Assembly (NCBI GenBank): GCA_964584335.1
Contig: CAZOZN010000001.1
Span: 319,830 to 383,829 of the forward strand
Origin: an uncultured archaeon
GTDB lineage: Archaea > Aenigmatarchaeota > Aenigmatarchaeia > PWEA01 > JAGHBM01
Direction: 5' to 3'
DNA: 64,000 bases
Shown in pieces: positions 18,259 to 27,784 of the stretch. Position 1 is the first letter of the stretch; each line of letters opens with the position of its first letter. The translations under genes and the position numbers were made by a program. The notes beneath the pieces are model-generated. The model worked only from the letters and a program-made list of their open reading frames with translations. It had not been told where the DNA came from and did not search any database.

Positions 18259-18912
18259 ATGTATATCATAATAGTAGGTGCAGGTGGTATAGGGAAGAAG
18301 CTTGTGCAACTTGCTCTGAAAGACAAGAACAATGTTATTGTAGTAGAAAAAGAACAGGAAAAATGCGAAGAGCTGGCAAGGAAGCAGGATGTTATAATAA
18401 TAAACGCTGATGCTACAAAAGAAGAAACACTAAAAGAGGCTGAAATTAAAAAAGCTGATGCCCTTATAGCCACGACCGAAGACGATTCAATAAATTTAAT
18501 GATAGTTTCTCTGGCGAAAAACATGAATGTGCCCATGCTTATTTCTGTGGTTAACAAAGAAGAAGCAAAACCTATGTTTGAGGAAAAGAAAGTTAATATA
18601 GTAAAAAATCCAGACGACCTAATGGCCGAATATCTATACAAATCACTCAAACATCCAACTGTTGACGACTTCATGCACGTTGGTGAAAATGCAGAGATGT
18701 TTACACTCCCTCTCTCAATGAAATCAAAATTCTCCGGAAAAAGTATCAAAAAAATCAAACTTCCTAAAAAATGCCTTATAGTAGCAATAGAAAGGGAAAA
18801 GGAATTTATAATACCGACAAACGAGGTAGAAATATATCCAGGAGACAAGATAACTATACTGGCACCTTCAAAACAAGTTGACAAAGTAGCAAAGTTACTG
18901 GCGGGCAATTAG
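18259..18912 (+). CDS. trkA: Trk potassium uptake NAD-binding subunit
   Basis: GAGGIG RCK_N, DAT..L.EA.I..AD, RCK_C with IPT...PGD. Confidence 0.92.
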   Translation: MYIIIVGAGGIGKKLVQLALKDKNNVIVVEKEQEKCEELARKQDVIIINADATKEETLKEAEIKKADALIATTEDDSINLMIVSLAKNMNVPMLISVVNKEEAKPMFEEKKVNIVKNPDDLMAEYLYKSLKHPTVDDFMHVGENAEMFTLPLSMKSKFSGKSIKKIKLPKKCLIVAIEREKEFIIPTNEVEIYPGDKITILAPSKQVDKVAKLLAGN

Positions 18913-18958
18913 ACTTCTATATTCTTTTTTTAAAGTATAAAATAACTATTATTCAAAG

Positions 18959-20431
18959 GTGTGTTTATTGAGGGAAAGCATAAAAATAATATCAAGGGAC
19001 CTTGGCTCTCTTCTTCTTGTTGGAGGAGTGCTATCAATTTTTACAATTATAATACCATTTATCTTTAACGAGCTTGATGCAATAACACCCCTATTAATGA
19101 CTACGGGCGTTTTTTTTCTTTCGGGAGGGCTTCTTTATATATCTGGAAGAACAGAGGCTGAAACCAACTTCAAGAACGCAATGATAATAGCAGCTTTGGG
19201 TTGGCTTCTAATATCCGTTATAGGTTCTATCCCGTTTCTGTATATGTCTGAATATGGAACAGGAGAAGGCATGGAACCTGTTGATGCTGTTTTTGAATCT
19301 TTTGCAGGATGGACTGGCACAGGCTTCAGTATGGTCTCAAACGAGGGAAAACTTCCTTACACATTACAGTTCTGGCGTTCCTTAATACAGTGGGTGGGTG
19401 GTGTTGGTGTTATAGTTCTCACACTGGCTATACTCGCAAGACCCGGAACGGGTTCCTTTACCCTTTACAAATCGGAAGCGAGAGAGGAAAAAATGCACCC
19501 GTCAATACTTTCTACCGTTAAATCGATATGGTGGATATTTATAATTTACACGATGCTTGGAATATCTCTTTTCTATATAACAGGCATGCCGCTTTGGGAA
19601 TCAATAAATCATTGTATGACTGGTCTTTCTACGGGAGGATTCTCTATAACTGACGAAAGCATGACCTATTACGGCTTCTGGACACAAGCTGCTATAATGA
19701 TTATGATGGTAATTGGTGCAATAGCTTTCGCCGCACACCACAATCTTTTCAAGGGCAAGATTAGAAAGTTTTTTTCTGACCCCCAAGTGAAGGCACTAAT
19801 CATATTGATAATATTCGGGGGCCTTTTACTATCAATCGTAAACTTCTTAACTCTTAACTACAGCAACTTCTTCGAGTCATTGAAAGATTCCATGTTTCAA
19901 TACATATCCGCAATATCTTGCACTGGTTTCTACTCTGCTAACATTTCTTCTTGGAGTGACACGGCAAAACTATTGCTATCAATGGCAATGATAGTAGGAG
20001 GTGCCGCAGGTTCTACTGCGGGTGGTATAAAACTATTCAGAATAATATTACTGACCAATGGTATAGTTTGGAAAACCAAACACGCAACATCTAGCCCGAG
20101 AAGAGTTTTCAGTCACAAGCTGGGCAACAAGTTTTTATCGGGGGATGAATACAAAAACGAGGTAAACGAATCAGCAATAATTTCGTTCCTATGGATAATA
20201 TTTCTTTTTATCGGAATAGTTGCTTTTTCAATACTAATGCCAAAGCACGAACTAATAAACATTGTTTTTGAAATTTGCTCGGCACAAGGAAATGTTGGGT
20301 TATCCTCGGGAATAACAAAAACCGCAATGCCGGATTTAGCAAAAATAATCATGATGTTTAATATGTGGATAGGAAGGCTGGAAATAATACCTGTTGTGGT
20401 TTTGATTAGGTCCTTACTCGGGAAAAAATAA
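18959..20431 (+). CDS. trkH: Trk potassium uptake membrane subunit
   Basis: Pore loops TGTGFS, STGGFS, SCTGF, GNVGLS; GSTAGGIK, GRLE. Confidence 0.93.
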   Translation: MCLLRESIKIISRDLGSLLLVGGVLSIFTIIIPFIFNELDAITPLLMTTGVFFLSGGLLYISGRTEAETNFKNAMIIAALGWLLISVIGSIPFLYMSEYGTGEGMEPVDAVFESFAGWTGTGFSMVSNEGKLPYTLQFWRSLIQWVGGVGVIVLTLAILARPGTGSFTLYKSEAREEKMHPSILSTVKSIWWIFIIYTMLGISLFYITGMPLWESINHCMTGLSTGGFSITDESMTYYGFWTQAAIMIMMVIGAIAFAAHHNLFKGKIRKFFSDPQVKALIILIIFGGLLLSIVNFLTLNYSNFFESLKDSMFQYISAISCTGFYSANISSWSDTAKLLLSMAMIVGGAAGSTAGGIKLFRIILLTNGIVWKTKHATSSPRRVFSHKLGNKFLSGDEYKNEVNESAIISFLWIIFLFIGIVAFSILMPKHELINIVFEICSAQGNVGLSSGITKTAMPDLAKIIMMFNMWIGRLEIIPVVVLIRSLLGKK

Positions 20432-20432
20432 T

Positions 20433-20780
20433 TCAAATAAAAAATATAACAGAAAATCCAACCAGAAAACCAACCAAATAGAAAAAAATTCCGGCAATAA
20501 CATTTTTTGATTTCCTTATTATTCCAAGTATAGAAAAAAAGGTTATCAGTACAACAATAAAGTAGAGAAAACTGTAAAACTTCCAGCAATTGTAACCGAG
20601 ATTAGAGACAACATCACCTCCCGTTTCGCAAAAATTCCTTGCAACAAAAAGAAAAAAATCTCCTTTGTCAGGAGAAACGCCCAAAATCAAACCAATGCCT
20701 GCAAAAAGACCGGCTATAACACCCTTAAAGAGAATATAAATACCGGCAAAAAGCATTTTTTTCCTTACTATATTGGGCAT
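20433..20780 (-). CDS. Hypothetical membrane protein
   Basis: Three hydrophobic segments; coupled to the upstream ORF. Confidence 0.6.
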   Translation of the reverse strand: MPNIVRKKMLFAGIYILFKGVIAGLFAGIGLILGVSPDKGDFFLFVARNFCETGGDVVSNLGYNCWKFYSFLYFIVVLITFFSILGIIRKSKNVIAGIFFYLVGFLVGFSVIFFI

Positions 20781-21832
20781 TAAATCACGTAACCCGTGGC
20801 ATCCTCGGCTATACCTAAGCCATCCTCTTTTTTAATTAATTCATCTCCAGATTCAAGCGAAAAACTCTTAACTTTTACAAGATTTTGTTCATAGGAAAGC
20901 TCTCCTATAAAGTTCAGCTTGAAATTTTTTTGCGCATAGTTCTCTGTAAGTAAAGTAAATTCCTTTCTCTTATCAGAACCATGCACTAAAAATTGCTTGT
21001 TCCTATTTCCAAACTTTCTAACTTTAACATCATCAAAATAATAATTTTTTCCGCTTTTTGAATCATGATAATAAGCACTTGTTCCGAACTTTTTACTAAT
21101 TTTAGATATTTTTATATGGGGCTGTAAATAACTCAAAACAGATTTATCACTGAAATACAGTCGCCCCCAATACCAGGGAACATTGGGTAAAAGGGCATTT
21201 ATTACAACCTTTTGTAAATAACACTGTCCATTGAATTTTGAACCATCCAGTTTACCCTCAAAATCAAGCAAAAGATTCAAATGGCCGAAACCCATTTTTC
21301 CCTTAAAGAATTCCATCAAGTCATATTCTCTATGGTCAGAGCCTCTGCTTGTTCTTATATCACAAACAGATTTTTTGCCGTCTTTCAAAACAAGATTGTA
21401 ATTTGGATAAGAACCGGAAAATTCGAGATTAGCAGAGACTGAATCCAGAGAAATGTTGCCACTCTCCATAGATATTACTGAAGGTCTTGTCTTTGACCTG
21501 AAAAAACTATTGTTAAAGAACCAGTAAGAAAATGGTCCAAACCTTTTGTTTTTATCTGAATAGTTATCAGAAATCTTACAGTCATCCACAACGTAATTCT
21601 TAATGTTCTGGTCTCCGAATGTGACCATAAACTGTTTTTTATTTTCTGTATCATTTGATGTAAAAAGCATAAACCAGTATTCCTTTCCTCTTATAGGAAG
21701 ACTTTCAAAAGAAAAAAACATCCTGTCTAAATCAGTCCACTTATCCCTTGACAATACTTTTTTAAGATTCTTGAACTTTTTCTCTATGCTGTTTAGCTTA
21801 TTTTGTATATTCTCAACAGAAAACTTATTCAT
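20780..21832 (-). CDS. Hypothetical beta-rich protein (possibly tocopherol-cyclase/AttH-like fold)
   Basis: 350 aa; KEYWF and PWYWG aromatic motifs; fold is a guess. Confidence 0.55.
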   Translation of the reverse strand: MNKFSVENIQNKLNSIEKKFKNLKKVLSRDKWTDLDRMFFSFESLPIRGKEYWFMLFTSNDTENKKQFMVTFGDQNIKNYVVDDCKISDNYSDKNKRFGPFSYWFFNNSFFRSKTRPSVISMESGNISLDSVSANLEFSGSYPNYNLVLKDGKKSVCDIRTSRGSDHREYDLMEFFKGKMGFGHLNLLLDFEGKLDGSKFNGQCYLQKVVINALLPNVPWYWGRLYFSDKSVLSYLQPHIKISKISKKFGTSAYYHDSKSGKNYYFDDVKVRKFGNRNKQFLVHGSDKRKEFTLLTENYAQKNFKLNFIGELSYEQNLVKVKSFSLESGDELIKKEDGLGIAEDATGYVI

Positions 21833-21931
21833 AAAAATACCTATCCTTATTTCTGTAATTTAATATAAAAATAAAAATTATCTTTAAAAATATATTTAAG
21901 TCTAATATTTTAATAATTAAGGGGTGATTGT

Positions 21932-22186
21932 GTGGAAGGTAAAAAAGTAGGTAAAATTACACATTACTTTAACAAAATAGGAGTTGCTGTAATAGAGCTT
22001 GAGGATAATCTGAAAGAAGGAGACAAAATAAAAATAAAGGGTTCAAATACCGATTTTGACCAACCTGTAAAATCCATGCAAATAGAACACGAAAAAATAG
22101 AAGAAGCGAAGGCAGGACAAGCTATAGGCATGAAAGTTGCAGAACCCGTGAGAGAAGGAGACGAAGTCTTTATTATAGAAGAATAA
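21932..22186 (+). CDS. Translation elongation factor domain-II-like small protein
   Basis: VGKITHYFNKIGVA, GDKI, SMQIE, G.KV..PVREGD. Confidence 0.8.
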   Translation: MEGKKVGKITHYFNKIGVAVIELEDNLKEGDKIKIKGSNTDFDQPVKSMQIEHEKIEEAKAGQAIGMKVAEPVREGDEVFIIEE

Positions 22187-22247
22187 ATTATTCTGGAAAT
22201 ATTATATCAATTAAACTTATAAATCTTAATCTCAATATGGTTTAGTT

Positions 22248-22916
22248 ATGAGAAGACATATTGAAAAATTAAACTTTAACAGAGATCCCAATCTGGGCCT
22301 ATTTACAATACCGACGGAAGACTTTTGTATAGTCGGGAATACAATAATGAAAAAAGATATAGAAAAAATTAAAAAAATACTTGACGTAAAAATAATAAAA
22401 GGCAGGGTGGCAAACTCGGAACTGGTCGGTTTATTCTCTACAGCAAACAAAAACGGTATAGTTCTGCCCAAAAACTCAAACGAAAAGGAAATAGAAAAAT
22501 TTAAAAAAACTGGGCTGAACGTTTTGGTTGCGGATATAAAACAAACAGCAATTGGCAATCTTATACTAGTTAATGACTATGGTTGTATAATACCAAAAGA
22601 ATTAAACAAAATAAAAGGCGATTTAGAGGATTGTTTTGGAGTAAAAGTAAAAACAAGCACAGTGGCAGGGCTTTCAATAGTAGGTTCCTGTGCATTTGCT
22701 ACAAATAACGGGATACTTGCTCATTTAAAATGCAGTGAGGAAGAAATGAAGCTATTAGAAAGCGTATTAAGCGTCAAAGGAGAAATAGGAACGCTTGGTT
22801 TTGGTTCTCCTTTCATTGGGGCATCATTGGTGGCAAATTCAAAAGGATTTGTAATTCCAGAAGAAACTACAGGACCAGAGATACAAAGAGTTGACGAAGC
22901 GCTAGGATTTATATAG
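22248..22916 (+). CDS. eif6: Translation initiation factor aIF6
   Basis: LVG...ANKNG, GNLILVND, ANSKG, TTGPE. Confidence 0.92.
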   Translation: MRRHIEKLNFNRDPNLGLFTIPTEDFCIVGNTIMKKDIEKIKKILDVKIIKGRVANSELVGLFSTANKNGIVLPKNSNEKEIEKFKKTGLNVLVADIKQTAIGNLILVNDYGCIIPKELNKIKGDLEDCFGVKVKTSTVAGLSIVGSCAFATNNGILAHLKCSEEEMKLLESVLSVKGEIGTLGFGSPFIGASLVANSKGFVIPEETTGPEIQRVDEALGFI

Positions 22917-22924
22917 GAGATATA

Positions 22925-23347
22925 ATGAACGAAAAAGAACAAAAAGGTTTTCAAGAGAAGCTTTATGTTTATCAAATGTTAAAAGAGCAAAAAAAATTAT
23001 TCAGCGAACAATTATCTCTGCTAAAGGAAGCCATAGAAGAAGATGTAAGAACAGAAAGAACTATAGAAAAACAGGAAAAGAAAAAAGGCAAAAAAGTAAT
23101 GTGTCCTTTAGGAAGTGAGTGTTATTATATCAGTGAAATAAAAAACGCGGAAAAGATTATAGTAAATGTTGGTGCGGGTATACTAATCGAAAAAAACCTA
23201 AAAGAAGCAAAAAAATTTTTAAGTTCAAGAAAGACAGAGCTACAGATAAACAAAAACAACATAGAAAAAAAGCTCGAAAAAATAGAAAGAGAGTTAATAA
23301 AAATCGAGCCCGAAATACAGAGAATTCTTCAGAAAAATGAAGACTGA
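22925..23347 (+). CDS. pfdA: Prefoldin alpha subunit
   Basis: Coiled coils flanking PLGS and VNVGAG..IEK hairpins; follows aIF6. Confidence 0.88.
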   Translation: MNEKEQKGFQEKLYVYQMLKEQKKLFSEQLSLLKEAIEEDVRTERTIEKQEKKKGKKVMCPLGSECYYISEIKNAEKIIVNVGAGILIEKNLKEAKKFLSSRKTELQINKNNIEKKLEKIERELIKIEPEIQRILQKNED

Positions 23348-23388
23348 AATACAGAAAAATTTAAGTCTTTATCTAACATATTCTAGTT

Positions 23389-23820
23389 ATGAAAATAATA
23401 ATATCGGGAAGTCTGGATTTTACAAACCAAATAAAAGAAATTTCGGAAAATCTAAAAAACATGGGTCACGAAGTAAAGATACCAAAAACAGCAGAAGATA
23501 TCATAAATAAAAATTTGAGCCTTGAAAAAATAATAAAAGAAAAAAATAACGGAGAAATAGTAAAAAGGGGTATCCAGATAGATGCCATAAGAAAACACTA
23601 CAAAAAAATAAAAGAAGCGGACGCCCTTCTAGTACTTAATTTCGACAAAAAATCAATAAGGAATTATATAGGCGGTGCGACACTCATAGAAATGGGTTTC
23701 GCGCATGTACTCGATAAAAAAATATTTCTATTAAACGGAATACCTAGAATGAGTTACACTGACGAAATAGAAATAATGAATCCGGAAGTACTAAACGGAA
23801 ATCTAGGAAAAATACAGTAA
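23389..23820 (+). CDS. Nucleoside 2-deoxyribosyltransferase-like protein
   Basis: ISGS, I..ADALLVLN, YIG..T.IEMGFA...KKIFLLN. Confidence 0.6.
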   Translation: MKIIISGSLDFTNQIKEISENLKNMGHEVKIPKTAEDIINKNLSLEKIIKEKNNGEIVKRGIQIDAIRKHYKKIKEADALLVLNFDKKSIRNYIGGATLIEMGFAHVLDKKIFLLNGIPRMSYTDEIEIMNPEVLNGNLGKIQ

Positions 23821-23867
23821 AGAATAAATCCGAAGTTAATTTAAATAAGGTTTAACTAAAAATATTC

Positions 23868-24650
23868 ATGTTGGAAGGAATCTGGCTTAGGGAGGAATAT
23901 AAAGATAATTTGCTCGCTATATTTTTCTTTGCACTTGTTTTCACACTTCTGGGAGTATTTCTGACTAAATATGTACTTCCAATAAGCCAGGGTCTGGTGT
24001 CCGTTTTCTTGATATCCTTGATAGGAGCATACCCCCTGATAACTTACCTGAGAAGCGAAGAAAAAAAAGAAATGGTAAAAAGGATATCTGAAGGAAAGCT
24101 AATTTTAAGACACTCAAACGAACTTGCAATATATCTTACATTTTTTCTGGGAGTAACTTTTGGATTTGTCATATCAGCATTTGTTTTTCCTGAGAGTTTT
24201 TTCTCAATTCAAATACAAATAATAGAAGGTATAAGAGGAGGGCCAATATCAGGAAATATAATAATAAGTAACATATTCGAAAAAATAATATCAAACAACC
24301 TTTGGGTTTTTTTCCTTACTTTTATAATATCTTTTCTATTCTCATCAGGAATGGTTTTCATACTGGTATGGAACGCCTCGGTTCTTGGAGTTTTTATCGC
24401 AAAAGCTTCAGGTGGTGTGCATAACATACATATGCTGGCCCTTTCATATCTTCCGCATGGTTTGTTGGAGATAGCTTCTTACATACTGGCAGGTATAAGC
24501 GGGGCTCTTCTTTCTTACCAGTTCGGATACTACTACAAAACAAAAAAATATAACAAAGAGACTTTCCTTATGGTAATTAAAGATGCGGGTGTTTTGATAT
24601 TATCAGGTTTGTTGTGTCTGTTATTTGCAGGTTTAATAGAAGTGTTGTGA
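23868..24650 (+). CDS. SpoIIM-like membrane protein
   Basis: I..NN, N..VLG, LPHGLLE, A..IE motifs. Confidence 0.85.
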   Translation: MLEGIWLREEYKDNLLAIFFFALVFTLLGVFLTKYVLPISQGLVSVFLISLIGAYPLITYLRSEEKKEMVKRISEGKLILRHSNELAIYLTFFLGVTFGFVISAFVFPESFFSIQIQIIEGIRGGPISGNIIISNIFEKIISNNLWVFFLTFIISFLFSSGMVFILVWNASVLGVFIAKASGGVHNIHMLALSYLPHGLLEIASYILAGISGALLSYQFGYYYKTKKYNKETFLMVIKDAGVLILSGLLCLLFAGLIEVL

Positions 24651-24654
24651 TTAG

Positions 24655-24954
24655 ATGATAAAAGAAGATTTGGATAAAAGACTGGAAGAAATTGAAACAA
24701 AAATACAGGAACTAGAAGATATGATACTTGACAACAAACTAAAAATAATGGAACTGCAAAATAAAAAACCCGAGGAAAAAGAAAATATAAGTCTTGGAAA
24801 ACCTGCTGAAGAAAAAAAATCGGATAAGAAAGATGACAAGCCTATAAAGAAATTATTTAACATAAAAAAAATAGAAGAAGAGAAAAAAGGAGAAGAAGAT
24901 GAACTTGGTCATAGGGCTAAAAAGATAAAAGACATGTTAAGGGATTTAAAATGA
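24655..24954 (+). CDS. Hypothetical coiled-coil protein
   Basis: 99 aa; ATGA overlap with the next gene. Confidence 0.6.
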   Translation: MIKEDLDKRLEEIETKIQELEDMILDNKLKIMELQNKKPEEKENISLGKPAEEKKSDKKDDKPIKKLFNIKKIEEEKKGEEDELGHRAKKIKDMLRDLK

Positions 24955-26225
24955 CTGACTTTAATGAAGACATAGCTGAAACAGTTAAGAGTACCGTAAA
25001 GGCGAATTTAGAAAGATGCGAAGAAAATTTTGTAAGAGATATGGAAAGTAGAATTGAAAATGATTTTAAGCAGAGGATTGAAAATCTGGAGACAAAGGTA
25101 GAAAAAGATGTAGAGGATTTTCTAATTAAAAAATTTGATACAATGTTTGACAGTTTTGCTGAAGATATCAAAAAACAAATCAGTTCCAAAAAAGTGGGAA
25201 AGAGCGAAGACGTAAAAAACATAAAAGAAAGAATAAGAGAATTGATGGATATACAAGAAGAAATTATAGCAAAAATGCACCAAAAAAATAAAGAACCTTT
25301 AGAAGGAGATTTTAAAGAAAGATTAAGCAATCTGACTTACTCCGTAAAGGCCAATACATTAGAAATAAGAAAAAACATATCAAAAATAGAAGAACTTAAA
25401 AAAATGAAAATAGAAGATAAGTTTTCAGATACAGAAGATTTTATAAACAGGTTCAATAATTTAAGCTATTCCGTCAAGGCAAATACGAGAGAAATGGAAG
25501 ATATTGTATCTCAAATAGAAGAAATAAAGAGAATGAGAAACAATATGAATTTTTTTGATACGGAAGGATTTACAAACAAAATAAAAGACATTAGTTATTC
25601 TGTTGAAGCAAACACAAGAGAAATAAGAAGAGTTATATCAAATCTCGAAAACATAAAAGAAAATACATTAAACAGAATAAACGGAATAAACAATAACGTA
25701 GAAGATAATGTAGAAAATACAAAAAATATGTTCTCTAGAGTTGAAAAAGACTTAGATGAAATTAGAGAGAATATGAAAAAATTGGAGAAAAACAAAGAAG
25801 AAAGAGTAATACAAAAAGTATTGCCGCCACCGCCTCAGGGATACAAGGAAGACATAGAGAAGGTCAAGAAAGAATTAGAAGAAAACAAGAAATCGCTCAT
25901 GGACGAAATAAACAGAGTAAACAAAAACATAAGCCCGTTGTTAAAAGGAAACAAAGAAGAAATTGAAAAGGAAATTAATGAAAAAATATCAAAAATCGAG
26001 CAAAAAATAGAGCCCATGATAAATGAAAAGATGAAGAAGTCTTATGAAGATATTGAAGAAAAGATAAGAGAAAATGAAAAAAATATAATCGAAAAAGAAA
26101 GGGATATCTTAGAAAAAATATCATTAATTGAAAGTACCACTCAACCAAGCGAAAAAAGCATTATAGATAAATCAATAGAAGAAATAAGAGAAGAGTTTGA
26201 GAGGCTTAAAAAGAAAAAGAATTAA
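24951..26225 (+). CDS. Long coiled-coil protein with three 43-aa repeats
   Basis: Heptad-rich; YSVKANT/YSVKANT/YSVEANT spaced 129 nt apart; PPPP hinge. Confidence 0.75.
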   Translation: MTDFNEDIAETVKSTVKANLERCEENFVRDMESRIENDFKQRIENLETKVEKDVEDFLIKKFDTMFDSFAEDIKKQISSKKVGKSEDVKNIKERIRELMDIQEEIIAKMHQKNKEPLEGDFKERLSNLTYSVKANTLEIRKNISKIEELKKMKIEDKFSDTEDFINRFNNLSYSVKANTREMEDIVSQIEEIKRMRNNMNFFDTEGFTNKIKDISYSVEANTREIRRVISNLENIKENTLNRINGINNNVEDNVENTKNMFSRVEKDLDEIRENMKKLEKNKEERVIQKVLPPPPQGYKEDIEKVKKELEENKKSLMDEINRVNKNISPLLKGNKEEIEKEINEKISKIEQKIEPMINEKMKKSYEDIEEKIRENEKNIIEKERDILEKISLIESTTQPSEKSIIDKSIEEIREEFERLKKKKN

Positions 26226-26233
26226 AATTAGTA

Positions 26234-26995
26234 TTATTTTCTTCTTCTCATGCTTATTAAGTGCCGAAGCCTCTTTCCTTTTTTATGCCTCTGAATAACA
26301 GTACTTGTTATTATTATATCGGCACCGACTTTTGCAAGCCTGTTTATATCCTTCATGCTTTTAACACCACCGTAAAAAGCTATCGGTAGTTTGGTACTTT
26401 CCTTCACAGTCTTTATTATCTTTTCGGTTACCTTTGACTTCACCATGCCGGTGTCTAAACATATAAGTTCTTTTCCAGAAAGTTCAGAATAAATAGAGTA
26501 AGCTTTTATTATCTCAAGCTTATCCCCAGGAAGAGGATTTGCATCTCCTATCCAGCTAGACGTACCACCTGGCTCGACAACCATGTAGCTGGTTGGTATA
26601 ACCTCTATATCAGAATGATAAACAGAAGGAGCGCTCATTGCCTGAGAACCTGTCATCCAATAGGGGTTTCTGGAATTTATAAGACTAATGAAAAAAATTG
26701 CATCCGCATGGTTGCTTATCATGCCGGTGTTCCCGGGTAATATTATTACAGGCAAATCCGTGTTTTCCTTTATTTTCTTCACTACCTTATCAAAATACGC
26801 GTTATCCACATTCAGTATTCCACTAACAACTATCATATTAGCCATGGAATTGTTTATACTCTTAGTTATCTTAACTATCTCATCAATGCTGTATATTGTA
26901 GAATCTATAAAAGGAAAATAAAGCGGTCCGTTCCCGTTTTTTTCTTTTATTAAATCAAGTATACTTTTCTTATTATTCTTTTTTATATCGCTCAT
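26234..26995 (-). CDS. GGGP synthase-like paralogue, degenerate
   Basis: LPG, ADAIFFISLINSRNPYW, PTSYMVVEPGG; DPD, GGS and LEAGSG motifs altered. Confidence 0.8.
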   Translation of the reverse strand: MSDIKKNNKKSILDLIKEKNGNGPLYFPFIDSTIYSIDEIVKITKSINNSMANMIVVSGILNVDNAYFDKVVKKIKENTDLPVIILPGNTGMISNHADAIFFISLINSRNPYWMTGSQAMSAPSVYHSDIEVIPTSYMVVEPGGTSSWIGDANPLPGDKLEIIKAYSIYSELSGKELICLDTGMVKSKVTEKIIKTVKESTKLPIAFYGGVKSMKDINRLAKVGADIIITSTVIQRHKKGKRLRHLISMRRRK

Positions 26996-27780
26996 TTCTT
27001 GGCACCTTTTCTTATTTTTTCCTTTCCAATTTTCTTTACGTAATCTATAACTTCTTCGGCTTTCTTTCTTGGATTTTTGGCTTTATCTATCATTGAGTTT
27101 ATATGTACACCATCAGCTCCGCCCATAATAGTATTTCTTAAATCCTCGAAATTCTTGTTTGAACCTGCGCATATTACAGGATGACCAACAGATTTTTTAA
27201 CGGCATAAAACATCTCTGGGGATGCGGGTCCGGGAGCTCCGCTACCTCTTTCCAATATAGTCATTCTATGACCCAAGTACCTACCGGCTAAAGCATAAGC
27301 TGCAGCAAGTTCGGGTTTGTGATAAAGTATGGGTCTGGCCGAACCTATCCAACCAACAGTCTCGCCGGGGTCGACTATTATCAGAGAAGTTGGTATTGCT
27401 TCCGTTTTTTGCTTCCTTATCACAGGAGCCGCAAGCGCCTGTGCACCGGTTATCCAGTATGGGTTCTTTGAATTAAGTAAACTCATGTAATAAATAGCAT
27501 CGGCTTCGCTTGTCAGACCGCTCAAGTTGCCCGGAAACATCATAAAAGGTATCTTTATGTCTTTTTTCATTTCCTTTATTCTCTCACTGAGTTTGACAGT
27601 TTCCATATAACCTATAGAACCGCCTATAAGTATAAGGTCTGCACCAGCCTCATAAAAATATTTTGCCTGCTTCCAGCTCTTTTCACTGTCTTCTATGTCA
27701 GGGTCGATTAGGCCAAAGAAAACGACACCATCGTCCTCTATTACTTTGTGGATATATTTTTCTACCTTACCAAACTTCAA
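26992..27780 (-). CDS. Geranylgeranylglyceryl phosphate synthase-family protein
   Basis: LIDPD, IGGS, FPG, SLLNSKNPYW, VGWIG, LERGSG. Confidence 0.85.
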   Translation of the reverse strand: MKFGKVEKYIHKVIEDDGVVFFGLIDPDIEDSEKSWKQAKYFYEAGADLILIGGSIGYMETVKLSERIKEMKKDIKIPFMMFPGNLSGLTSEADAIYYMSLLNSKNPYWITGAQALAAPVIRKQKTEAIPTSLIIVDPGETVGWIGSARPILYHKPELAAAYALAGRYLGHRMTILERGSGAPGPASPEMFYAVKKSVGHPVICAGSNKNFEDLRNTIMGGADGVHINSMIDKAKNPRKKAEEVIDYVKKIGKEKIRKGAKK

Positions 27781-27784
27781 AATA

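Noticed and set aside
17701-18908. Long antisense ORFs of 173 and 292 aa
   Set aside because: Shadows of rps24e and trkA with no motifs of their own.
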